This document shows, one piece after another, positions 40,091-51,308 of a stretch of 55,594 nt of DNA (within the stretch, counting starts at the first letter, position 1; each line of letters starts with the position of its first letter). The stretch is taken from NCBI GenBank assembly GCA_045532035.1, contig JAZSFD010000015.1, positions 1 through 55,594 on the forward strand, given 5' to 3'. This DNA comes from Eubacteriales bacterium (lineage in GTDB: Bacteria > Bacillota > Clostridia > Oscillospirales > CAG-382). The position numbers were made by a program, and so were the translations under genes. The notes beneath the pieces are model-generated. The model had not been told where the DNA came from. It made no database searches and saw only the letters and a program-made list of their open reading frames with translations.

Positions 40091-43000
40091 ATGAAAAACA
40101 AATTTTCAAAAATTCTCAGCATCATTCTGTCAATTTGCATGATCGTTTCGATGTGCGCGTTCACAGTTATTTCAGAAGACGACACGGCAACACTTGCAGA
40201 CCAAGCTGTAATTATGTACAGCACGGTGCAGCAGGCGACGGTCTGACGCTTGAGGCTCCCGGCTCGTTTGCAACTGTCGTTGCTGCCATCAATGAGAAAT
40301 ATAGCGCAGGCGACACTGTCACCATCAAGATCGTCAAAGGCGAATGGGATGATGTTGCCACGGCAACAAGCGCTCAGCTTAGCAGCGTTTATCATGCCTC
40401 CATGGCTGATATTCCCGAACATGCGGCAACAATTATTCTTACCAGTGCGGACGCTGCAAATCCTTCAAGACTTGCCTGGATAAATGATTATCAAACAGTC
40501 AACAACAAAGGAACAAACATAGCTCTCACCGGTCCCACTGTTCTCAAGGACATTAAAATGGTCGATTCCCGAATCAACCATTACTGGTGCGTTTATACAA
40601 GAGGACACAGCCTTACCATTGACACCGGCGTTGTATGGAAAGCCTCGTCGTACAATTCAACCACAGAAGTGTTCAGCTTTGAGGGAAGGGGCAGTACTCC
40701 CGAAATAAGCGGTGCCGCCCGCAACGACAATGACCCCTTCACCTTCTCTTCTCCCCTCACTCTCGAATTTGCCGACAATTCTTTTGGCAACTTCACATTC
40801 TTTGCCTTTGCAGGTTACAATGCTTCGAAGCTCGCTGTTTTTGAAGAGGACTTTACTTACAGATTCGGCGCAGATACAGCAAAGAAGATCCTTGTGGACA
40901 ACATGGATAAATCCTCCACCTTCAAGAAAAATGTAAACCTTGTGCTCAACGGGACTACTGTCAAAGCACTGGTCGACAGAGATAACAAAACCGCTGCAAC
41001 TTTACCGGTTATTGAGGGCGCTTTCCAGATTATCCGCAACAACGGAGCGACTGCAACCAACGCCGTCAACGGTTTCAAGGACACCGGAAGAACAACCGCT
41101 TATGATTGTTATGACATCACGGTTGAAACAGGAGCGGTGCTTGATGTAACAAGCGTTGCAGGAAAATACTCTGTTAATTCGACAGCGGTCGCGTATGCTC
41201 AGTCGGCAGATCGCAAGACCGCATGGTATTCGAAGGACGGTTATATCACTATCACTCAGCCCGGTACATACACAGTCAAGACCGCGGCATCCGTCGATGA
41301 TATAAAAACAGCTCTTTCGGTTCCCGAGCTCTCCGCGCCCTATGCTTTTGAAGAATGGACAGATGACGGCAACGATACCATTACAGCAAGCGTCAGCGGT
41401 GTTTACTACATTTCCGCATCCGGAAGTGACGATAACAACGGCAAAAGCGCCTCCGCTCCCTTTGCAACACTTAAAAAGGCAATGGAAGCGCTTGGTACAA
41501 GCGAAGGCACAATCAAAATCATCGGCACATATTCCCCCACAAGCTCCGACTATACCTCTCACACTCAGAATATTGATATTGTAGGATACGATGAAACATC
41601 AAAGTTTGCGGCAATAAGCTTTGGCGGTCCCGTCACCTTCAAGAACATCACCTACACAAGGGGTACAAACTCGTACATTCTTTCAAGAGGTAACGACATA
41701 ACTTTCGGTGAAGGCTTCAAAACCACATCAACAGACGACTGGATGGTATTCGGTAACGGTCAGAACAGCACCTCTGTCAATGATATAAATGTAACGGCCA
41801 TGTCAGGTAACTTCACCGGCAAATTCAATGTAGGCGGTATCATGCCCAAGGCAGGTTATACCGTAAATAACGATGCAAACATCAATGTGTCGGGCGGAAG
41901 TATCGCAAACATCATCCTCGGAAGCACCAACTGGACCTCCTGCGGTGCAACAACCTTTGCAAAAAATGTTGTCGTTCAGCATGACGGCGGTACCATCACA
42001 AAGATCACCGCACCTGCAACAGGTAACGGAAGTCCCACAGCCATCACAGGCTCACTCATTGTTATAAACAACAACAGTGCCGCATCACCGACTTATGACG
42101 CAAGTCTTGACAGCATTTCGATTGGCTCGAAGTATTATATCAATTCAGGTGATGGCGGATATGTAAAACCTGTGGTTGATGCAGACGGCAACGCCGTGGC
42201 AGGAAAATTCCACATCACCATTAACGATGATGAAAACGAATCTGCAATGATCGTAAACGGCGACAGTAAAACATATCTTTCCGAAAGCGGTGAAGTCACT
42301 TTGCAGACAGGTACAACAGAGATTACCTATGCCAACTATCCTCCCAATCCCGGAACAACAATCCCCATGACCTGGAAAGAAATGGACAATGGATACATCA
42401 CCCTCATCTTTGACGATGTTAGAGCTGATTTCCAGACCATCTTTGATATAGTCAGCAAGGAATACAACCTTCCTCTTTGTGCAGCCGTGCCTTCAAATAA
42501 CATTAAGAACAATCCCGAAGCTCTCCACGAACTTCAGGACCGCGGCGGAGAGATCCTTTCGCACACAAAATCACATCTTGTAATCAAGCCCTTTGTAACT
42601 TCATGGGCAGATGTTGAAACACAGCTCGGCGATTCATACAGAATCCTCACAGAGAACGGCTTCAATGTCAACGGCATCATTCTGGCTGGCGGAACGGGTC
42701 AGATCGCCCAGACCGATACAGAATACCGCGGTCTTATCGAGCTTGTTACAAACAAGTACTACAAGTACTCCGACAAATACGGTCTTTCCACCCAGTACTG
42801 GAAGCAGCGCAACTGGTTCTCGGGAAGAACCCTCGATCAGCTCAAATCCATCGTTGACACCCACGCGGCAAACAAGACCTGGGAAGTCATCTATGGTCAC
42901 GATCTCACCGAGATTTCGGGAGAAAACCTCCGCGCTTTCTGTGAATACCTTATCGAACAGCAGAATCAAGGAAGGATCAAGGTTGTAACCTACAAATATA

Positions 43001-46000
43001 TGCACGAAAACTTCGGCGACTGGGAAAGCCCTGTTGATTTTGGAGACACCACATATACCGTCGAGTTTTACGGCACAGACCACGAAACACTTGTTGAAAA
43101 GCAGGTCATCGTTGAAGGCGAGGATGCAACCGCTCCCACCTCATTTGCCCTTGCCGAGGGATATACTCTTGAAGGCTGGGACGGAGAGCTTGAAAATATT
43201 GACACAACCGCAAGGTTTATGCGATATGTAAAGATGCTGACGGAAACACAGTCGGCACAGATGTAGATAGCGTCATCACCCCTCCTCCGTATGTAGCTCC
43301 CACACTTTTCTATGTTGACAGCACAAACGGCGACGATTCAAACGACGGCGAAACCGCGGAAACGGCTCTTGCTTCGCTGAACCAGGCAATCGCCATCGCA
43401 GACTCAGACAACCCATTTGAAGTAAAAATCATTGGAACTTGCACTCTCCCCACAACCATCAATGCCCACGAAGGTATGCTGACCATCTCGGGTTATGATT
43501 CAAGCTCCGAAATATCTACCGTGGCAAGCGGAGGGTATACGATTCTGGGTGATATCACTCTCAAGGACATCAAGTTCACCAACGGTCTTTACGCCTGGGT
43601 ATCCCTTTGCGGCAACAAATTTGTTGTCGGTGAAAACGTTACCGTTTCGGGCAGTCATCAGATCGCCCTTGGTGCAAATTACAGCAAAACCGATACAGGC
43701 TTAATGTATTCTGAAATTTATTCGGGCACATGGAACAAGCTGGCAATCGGCCCGATCGCGGCATCTTCGGTACGCACCATAACAAAGGATGCTTATATGT
43801 ACCTTGACGGCGGTGTGATAAATGATCTTATCATCGGCGGCGATGGTTGGTCATCGAGCCACAAAGGAATCAACTTTGCAGCAAATGTTGCGGTTAAGGC
43901 TGACAGCGGCACTCTGAAGAAAATCCGTCTGGGCATAGACAACTACGCTCCCTCTTTCGCGGGTGCTGTTATGTTCATTCTCAACAACGGAATGACCATC
44001 ACAACAGTTGATTCAACGATTGAAAATATGACAACCGACAAATATCTTGTATATTCTGCCGAGGGCGGATATGTTGATTTCGTTTATGAAAACGGCAAAA
44101 CTGTGGCAGGCAAATTCAAGATCACTCCAAACGACGGCAAATATGCCGTCATCGAAAATGGCGAAAACAAGAAATATGTCTTCACGGAAGCCGAGGTAAC
44201 ACTTGAAAAAGGCACCACAAATATCACATACGGCAACTCCTCAGATCTTGATATTGCAATCAAGGTCAACAACGGCACAAAGGAATATGTCTTCGGTGTC
44301 GAAGACAGCGTAACACTCACTGTCGGCGGAACAGTTTCCTTCCCCGAAAGCATAGAGAAAAGCGGCTGTCTCTTCGGCGGTTGGTATTCTGATGAAGCCC
44401 TTACAACTCCCATAGCAAACGGAAGCACAATCACCGCAGGCACGACTGTTTATGCAAAATGGATCGAGCTTGATGACAAAGATCTTTTTGTCGAGGGAGT
44501 CCAGATCAGATTCTCGGCTCCCACAGGTCTGCGTTTTGTGAACAACATCACCCACAATACCCGTTCGGCGATCGTTGCTCTCAACAGCGCAAACTCAGCT
44601 CTTGATCCCGAAAACGAAGCATTTAACGCAACCGATGGCATAAGCTACGGTTCGATCGTCTTGCCCGCAAAGTGTCTTGACGGCAACAAGCTTGAAAAGG
44701 ATGCTGTACACGAATACAATGGCAAGAACTATTCGCAAAGACTGTTCCCGCAAAGAACATCTTTGAAACTCTTACCGACCATGACAGATACACCGCAGTG
44801 CTCATCAACATTCCCGACAACAACCTTTCGACCGATTACGCTGTTCGTCCGTATATTACATACACCGACGCATCGGGTATGACTCGCACCGTTTACGGCG
44901 CGCAATATACCGCAAACATATACGAGGTCGCGGCAATCATTTATGAAGACGGCGCTTCAGAATATCCCGAAGCAAACAGAGAAGCCATCCTCTCACATCT
45001 TTACGAAAACATTCTTCTCAAAAACGACGGTATCGACAACAGCCTTGCAAACACCTACCGAGCACTCAACATCGACAAGAAGCTGACTGTAGGATATATC
45101 GGCGGCTCGATCACAAATGGTTCTTCGGCAGCAAAGCTTGTGAATGCTGACGGAACCGTTTCAGCAGAAGGCGGCGACATAAACAATTCTTATGTCAACC
45201 GTACAACTGCGTGGTTTGAAGAGTCCTTTCCCGAGGCTCAGATCGAGTTTGTGAATGCAGGTATTTCCGACACCGCCACAAACTTCGGCATCTATCGCCT
45301 TGAAGATCATCTCATGAACACAAACGGTCATGAGATGCCCGATCTTGTGTTTGTTGAATTCACATCTAACGACTGGACAAATAATGACGGTATTTCTCAG
45401 GATGCAAACGATCTTTACCGCCAGGCAGAATCGATCGTAAGAAACATTTATTCACACAATCCTTATGCTGACATTGTCTTTCTCTTCACCGCGCGCAGTC
45501 TTACCAACAGCTCCCGCGTCCAATATGTGAAGGTGGCACAGGAATATGGTATTCCTTATGTTGATATGGGCGTTCCCATGCAAGCTCTTATGACAGAGCG
45601 CGGAGCCTCCAACGAAGCTTCGGGAACCTATTATTACACGGTCGACAATCTCCATCCGTCGGCAAAGGGTTATGAAGTATACTTCGGAGAGATTCAAAAG
45701 CTTCTAAAGGCAGAGCTTATTGACAGCAAGGTATATTACACCGAAAAATACAACTATTCCGAAAATATGCCCGAACAGCTCAACCGCTCGCTCTGGCTTA
45801 ATCCTCAGATAATTCCCGCCTCCGGGTTTACTGTTTCGGGAAGCGTAAGTGCAGGGTCAGGACTTACCTCGGATATGTACGGTACTTCAAAGACAACCTC
45901 TGCCGCAACTGCGGTGACATCCGATTCGATAGTTGTGACAGGAACGGATGCCACAGCGGAATTCACCTTTACCGGCACAAGCTTCGGTCTTATCTTCGGC

Positions 46001-46849
46001 ATGAACTCCTCGGGATTTGACATCGATTATCAGATCGACGGTCACGGCTGGAAGAAAGCAGAGGTAGACGAGGATCTTTTGTCATTCCAGAAATATTCCC
46101 ACTCTCAGCTTATCGTATTTGAACAGGAGCTTGCCTACGGAGAGCACAAAATCGAGCTCAAGTTCAATGCCACAAGTGACGGCAAGGTCAATGTTCGGAT
46201 CGGCGGCGCCGCAGTTTCGGGTGTTGACAACGGACTTCAGAAGATCTTCGCACTCACCATCGATGACGGTCCGAAGGTTGTGGCATCCAATCAGATCCTT
46301 GATGTTCTCACAAAATACGACGCTCACGCAACATTCTTTGTTGTGGGCACAAGCTGTAATGATTCCACGAAAGAAGTTCTCAACAGAATGCTTGAATCTG
46401 ACTGCGAGATCGGAAACCATTCAAATCGTTGGACAGGTATCGCAGAGCTTACTGCTGATGAAGTTTTGTCAGATTACAACGCCTGCCAGACTAAGGTGTA
46501 CAATCTGACAGGATACTATCCGACAATATACCGCGCTCCCGGCCTTTCGATGTCAGAGACAGCATTTGCAACAATTCCCGTGCCTGTTATGGGTGGCTAC
46601 AGCATCGGCGCCGACTGGGACGCTTCCACCACATACGAAACAAGACTTAATAATCTGCGCAACGCCATAGGCGACGGCAGAGTGGTTCTCATTCATGACC
46701 AGGAGGCAAATGTTGCCGTGCTTGAAATTGTCATTCCCGAAGTGCTTGAAGAGGGCTACAAGATCGTGACCGCATCCGAGCTTATAAAGCTTCGCGGCTA
46801 CGGACTCACACAGTATGCACAGATCCAGCACAAGAATTTTGCAAAATAA
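40091..46849 (+). CDS. giant secreted multidomain carbohydrate esterase (~2,250 aa: 3 beta-rich repeats, 2 polysaccharide deacetylases, SGNH hydrolase, InlB-B-like repeats), split by three 1-bp deletions
   Basis: RBS aaggag + ATG 40091 signal peptide; frames join at ~40210, ~43204, ~44733; LIFDD/HTKSH, GGSIT/NAG/ND/DNLHP, LTIDDGP motifs. Confidence 0.8.
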
Positions 46850-46861
46850 TCTTCAAACAGC

Positions 46862-46894
46862 AAAGCTCCGAACGGATTCCGTTCGGAGCTTTTT
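46862..46894 (+). terminator. rho-independent terminator
   Basis: aaagctccgaacgg/ccgttcggagctttt. Confidence 0.85.
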
Positions 46895-47000
46895 CCGCAT
46901 TGCTGTCAGAAAAAAGAATTGTCAACCCATAAAAAAGAGTCAATATTCTTGACTTTACAGATCCGGAATACTATAATAAAAGTATCACTTACAGGAGAAT

Positions 47001-48347
47001 TTGAAGCATATGAATTTTGTCGTCGAACCCGAAAAAAAGATACCTGTATGCGACGAATGTGATGTTTTTGTCGCAGGAGGAAGCTGTACCGGAGTTTTTG
47101 CCGCAGTCAGAGCCGCAAGAATGGGCGCAAAAGTTGTTCTTGCCGAGCGCGAAAACTGTCTTGGCGGTATGGCGACCGCCGCTCTTGTCAACATCTGGCA
47201 CAGTCTCAAAGACACCGATTACAAAGAGCAGGTCATTGCAGGACTCACCGCCGAGATGACCGAAAGACTTGTGAAAAGCGGCTCTGCCATCCTTGACGAT
47301 AACCCTTCCACCGCAATAACCTTTGATCCGAACAGGCTGAAATATGAGCTTGACAAGCTGGTGAAGGAAGAAAAGATCAAGGTCTATCTCCACACCGTCT
47401 GCGCTGATGTTTTGTGTGACGGAAACAAGATCACCGCCGCCCTTATCGAAAACAAGGACGGGAGAAGTGCTGTCAGAGCAAATTTTTTCATTGATGCCAC
47501 AGGCGACGGAGATCTGATGAAGCGTCTTGGCGCGGCGGGCTGCAAAGGCTCTCCCTTACAGCCGCCTACCCCTTGTTTTCTTATGCAGGGATCGCTTGAC
47601 GGCGTCGATTACAAAAGCATAATCCTTGACCACGGTGCCGAATTCGGGCTTGACAATGATTTCGGATGGAGCGCACCCGTGCCGGGGCTTGACGGAATTT
47701 CTCTGCGTGCGGAGTTTCATGTTTTTGGTGCCGATTGTTCAAAGGCTTCTGATCTGACTTTTGTTGAAATGGAAGGCAGAAGAAAAGCCTATGCCTTTTG
47801 TGAAGTCATCAACAAATACGCGAACACAAATCTGAGAGTTGTTTGCCTAAGCTCGCTTGCAGGAATCCGTGAGAGCAACCATTATGATTCAATAACGAAA
47901 GCTTGCGGTTGGGATATGCTTTACGGAAAGCGTTATGAAGATGCGGTGCTTAACGGCACATACAGAGTTGATGTCCACGATGAAAAAGGCGGAGTGAAAT
48001 TCTATTATCTTGACGGCAAGACCGTTTATATGCATGGAGTACAGCGCAACCATGTATATGGCGACTGGCGTGCCGAAAAAGGCATCACCTCCCCCGCCGC
48101 AAAGTTTTATCAGATCCCCTTTTCGGTACTTGTGCAAAAGGAATGGGAAAACATCATCGCCGCAGGGCGTATGATAAACGCCGATACCATGGCATTCGGA
48201 GCTTTGCGCGTTATGGTCAACCTCAATCAGCTGGGTGAGGCAGCAGGCGTTGCCGCGGTCATGTCGATCGACAAAAATTGCCCTGTCAGCAAGCTTGACG
48301 GAAAAGAAGTAAGAAAAAAGCTTCGCGACGGAGGCTCGGCACTGTAA
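47001..48347 (+). CDS. FAD-dependent oxidoreductase
   Basis: DVFVAGGSCTG, LGGMAT, FIDATGDGD, AAGR, LGEAAG; start TTG 47001 or ATG 47010. Confidence 0.88.
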   Translation: MKHMNFVVEPEKKIPVCDECDVFVAGGSCTGVFAAVRAARMGAKVVLAERENCLGGMATAALVNIWHSLKDTDYKEQVIAGLTAEMTERLVKSGSAILDDNPSTAITFDPNRLKYELDKLVKEEKIKVYLHTVCADVLCDGNKITAALIENKDGRSAVRANFFIDATGDGDLMKRLGAAGCKGSPLQPPTPCFLMQGSLDGVDYKSIILDHGAEFGLDNDFGWSAPVPGLDGISLRAEFHVFGADCSKASDLTFVEMEGRRKAYAFCEVINKYANTNLRVVCLSSLAGIRESNHYDSITKACGWDMLYGKRYEDAVLNGTYRVDVHDEKGGVKFYYLDGKTVYMHGVQRNHVYGDWRAEKGITSPAAKFYQIPFSVLVQKEWENIIAAGRMINADTMAFGALRVMVNLNQLGEAAGVAAVMSIDKNCPVSKLDGKEVRKKLRDGGSAL

Positions 48348-48451
48348 AAAAACTTCCATTAAATTTCAAAAAACTATTTACAATTTATGCCTTTTATGAT
48401 AGTATAAAGATAATGCCGAAACAAAAGCGTTCAGACGAAAGGAGAGTTTTT

Positions 48452-49882
48452 ATGAATTACGCAGACGAAAAAATACTTGGTCAAATCGATGCCAAGGCAG
48501 AAGAGCTCAAGAGCAGAATACTTAACACAAAATCGGAGTATCCGAGAAATGCCAAAAAAATATATGTTTCAAATAACGGAGACGACAACAACGACGGCGA
48601 AACTCCCGAAACAGCTATCGCCACACTCGGCAAGCTGAACGCCATGGACATAAAGCCCGGGCAGGTCGTGCTTTTTGAAAGAGGCGGCGTGTGGAGAGGT
48701 CTTTTGTGGGCACGTACCTGCGTAACCTATTCCGCCTACGGCGAGGGTGAAAAACCGAAGCTTCTCGGCAAAGGTGGTACTGCCGAAGGAAAAGAAAGCT
48801 GGGAAAAGACCTCAGTTCCCAATGTTTGGGTTATGACAAGAGAGATTACGGATGATGTCGGAAACATTCTCTTTGACGGAAAATACTATTCAAGAAAACG
48901 CTTTTCCGCCTTCGAAAAAGAACTTCCCGACGGCAGAAAAGAGTGGACCCGTCCCGACGGTGTCGGTCCTTATAACGGTCTTACCGATCTCAAGGAGAAT
49001 CTTCAGTTCCATCATGACAAGACAGATAACAAGGTGTACCTCTACTGCGACAAAGGAAATCCCGGCGAGGTATACAAGACTGCAGAAGTTGTTTGCAAAG
49101 GACATTGCATCCAGCTTACAAACGGATGCACCATCGACAACATTTGTGCAATGTATTCGGGTTCTCACGCCATGGGAGGCGGCACTGCCGTAAAGGTCAC
49201 CATTCGCAATTGTGAGATAGCCTGGTGCGGAGGCTCCTTCCTTGACGATACAACGCTTTTCGGAAACGCCGTGGAGCTTTATGGAAGTTGTGACGGTTTT
49301 TATGTAACCGACAATTATATCCACGACATTTATGACACCGGTATCACCCATCAATACTGGTCTACCACAGTACCCGCATATATGCACGATTGCCGTTATG
49401 AACGCAATCTTATCGAGTATTGCTACTGGAACATCGAATATGTTGCAAGAGGCGACTATTCCGATGACAACCGCATGAGTGAAATATACATATGCGACAA
49501 TATTCTTCGCCATGCCGGCGAAGGCTGGGGCACAGTCCGTGCAGGCGGCGGGAAAACAGGTGCTCACATCAAGGGCTGGCCCATCGAAAGCCCTGCAGAT
49601 AATATGTATATGAGCGGCAACATCTTCGACCGTTCAAGCTCTTATCTCATCGACTGCGGCATGAGTGATGAAAAATATATGCCAGTCATGGAAGGAAACA
49701 CCTACATCCAGTACGAGGGCGCTCCCTGGGGTTACTGCGGAGTGAACGATCCTCAGGGCAGACAAAGAGACAATGGGGATCAGTATGGCGGCTCATGCCT
49801 GTTCTTTAACGAAGAACTGGAAAAGGCTCTTGCCGAAAAGGTAAAGGAAAAATCAGCTGTGGTTTACGCGGTTAAAGGCTGA
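48452..49882 (+). CDS. right-handed beta-helix (pectate-lyase-like fold) protein without a signal peptide
   Basis: IYVSNNGDDNNDG, FERGG, YGEGEKP, repeated I.NC/N.I strands; RBS aaggag. Confidence 0.75.
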   Translation: MNYADEKILGQIDAKAEELKSRILNTKSEYPRNAKKIYVSNNGDDNNDGETPETAIATLGKLNAMDIKPGQVVLFERGGVWRGLLWARTCVTYSAYGEGEKPKLLGKGGTAEGKESWEKTSVPNVWVMTREITDDVGNILFDGKYYSRKRFSAFEKELPDGRKEWTRPDGVGPYNGLTDLKENLQFHHDKTDNKVYLYCDKGNPGEVYKTAEVVCKGHCIQLTNGCTIDNICAMYSGSHAMGGGTAVKVTIRNCEIAWCGGSFLDDTTLFGNAVELYGSCDGFYVTDNYIHDIYDTGITHQYWSTTVPAYMHDCRYERNLIEYCYWNIEYVARGDYSDDNRMSEIYICDNILRHAGEGWGTVRAGGGKTGAHIKGWPIESPADNMYMSGNIFDRSSSYLIDCGMSDEKYMPVMEGNTYIQYEGAPWGYCGVNDPQGRQRDNGDQYGGSCLFFNEELEKALAEKVKEKSAVVYAVKG

Positions 49883-49945
49883 GTTTTATTATCAGCTTCA
49901 AACATTCGGAACTATATTTGAACGGAATCTCCGTCACAAAACAAC

Positions 49946-49986
49946 CCCATCCAATCAAGCTTTTGCTTGTTTGGATGGGATTTTTC
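49946..49986 (+). terminator. rho-independent terminator
   Basis: cccatccaa..ttggatggg followed by a T-run. Confidence 0.6.
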
Positions 49987-50059
49987 ATAATATATAAACC
50001 ATAGTATTTATCAATAAAGCTCGGCAAAAAACACAAAATAATAATTACTTTGCAAGCAT

Positions 50060-50088
50060 TTGACAAAACAACGCTAATATGTTACAAT
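50060..50088 (+). promoter_or_regulatory. sigma-A promoter of pit-DUF47
   Basis: TTGACA-N17-TACAAT with TG extension. Confidence 0.65.
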
Positions 50089-50227
50089 AATGGTAAAATC
50101 TCAGTTGTACGCTATTATTAACACTCTTCTCAGATTGGGAGGTGCCGTAAATCCGGCTTACCCATTTGTGCAATAAGTAAAAACAAAATATCAGGATATT
50201 TCAATTAATGACAGCTAAAAAGGAAAG

Positions 50228-51289
50228 GTGTTTATGGATTCAATTTTAGACTTCTGGTATCAGATGACGGCAAATCCGCTTTTGTTTGTTGCGGTAATGC
50301 TGACACTCGGTGTTATCCTCGTGAATGGATGGACGGATGCTCCAAACGCTATTGCGACCTGCGTTGTAACAAGATGTATGCCTCCCAAAGCGGCAATACT
50401 TATGGCGGCAGTCTTCAACTTTCTCGGAGTTTTTGTGATGACCAAGATAAGCAATGAGGTTGCCGTCACCATCACAAGCATGGTGAATTTCGGAGACAAT
50501 TCCGGGCGCACAGTAATCATTGTTCTGTGTGCAGCAATGCTCGCCATCGTTATTTGGGCAACCCTTGCCTGGGTATTCGGAATTCCTACCAGCGAAAGCC
50601 ATGCTCTTATCGCCGGTCTTACCGGTGGTGCAATGGCTCTTTGCGGTCTTGATGCTATTGTATGGAGTCAATGGCTGAAGGTTATCTACGGCATTGTGAT
50701 CTCAGTAACCATGGGATTCGGTTTGGCTTGGCTGATATGCAAGCTTGTGATAACAATTTTTTATAAAGCAAATCGCCCGAAAACCGAACCGTTTTTCAAA
50801 GGGGCTCAGATAGCTGGTTCTGCCGCGATGGCTTTTATGCACGGAGCGCAGGATGGACAAAAGTTTATGGGTATTATCCTGCTGTGCGTGTTTACTCTTC
50901 AGGACACAGGAGCTTCGGGTACAACATTTTCCATTCCCACATGGCTTATGATACTTTGCTCGGTAGTTATGGGTGCAGGAACCGCCATGGGCGGCAAAAA
51001 GATCATCAAATCCGTCGGTATGGATATGGTTAAGCTTGAAAAGTATCAGGGTTTTTCCGCCGATATTGCCTCTGCAATTGCTCTTGTTTTCTGCTCGGTG
51101 TTCGGTCTTCCCGTATCTACCACTCATGTAAAAACCACCTCCATTATGGGTGTTGGCGCCGTTAAAAGAATATCTGCCATTAACTTCGGCGTCGTAAAAG
51201 AGATGGTGTTGACATGGATACTTACCTTCCCCGGATGCGGACTTCTCGCATTTTTGGTAACGAAACTGTTCTTGTTAATATTCAACTGA
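50228..51289 (+). CDS. pit: inorganic phosphate transporter (PiT family)
   Basis: NGWTDAPNAIAT, PTSESH, HGAQDGQK, PVSTTH. Confidence 0.92.
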   Translation: MFMDSILDFWYQMTANPLLFVAVMLTLGVILVNGWTDAPNAIATCVVTRCMPPKAAILMAAVFNFLGVFVMTKISNEVAVTITSMVNFGDNSGRTVIIVLCAAMLAIVIWATLAWVFGIPTSESHALIAGLTGGAMALCGLDAIVWSQWLKVIYGIVISVTMGFGLAWLICKLVITIFYKANRPKTEPFFKGAQIAGSAAMAFMHGAQDGQKFMGIILLCVFTLQDTGASGTTFSIPTWLMILCSVVMGAGTAMGGKKIIKSVGMDMVKLEKYQGFSADIASAIALVFCSVFGLPVSTTHVKTTSIMGVGAVKRISAINFGVVKEMVLTWILTFPGCGLLAFLVTKLFLLIFN

Positions 51290-51308
51290 TAGAAAGGAAT
51301 TTTGAAAA

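Noticed and set aside
39310-40220. N-terminal ~300 aa of the 1318-aa ORF in the track
   Set aside because: It overlaps the GRE out of frame and crosses a terminator and AT-rich intergenic DNA; the real start is ATG 40091 with an RBS and signal peptide.
40200-44740. Programmed ribosomal frameshifting or phase variation in the giant gene
   Set aside because: No X XXY YYZ slippery heptamers or long repeat tracts at the junctions; simple 1-bp deletions explain them.
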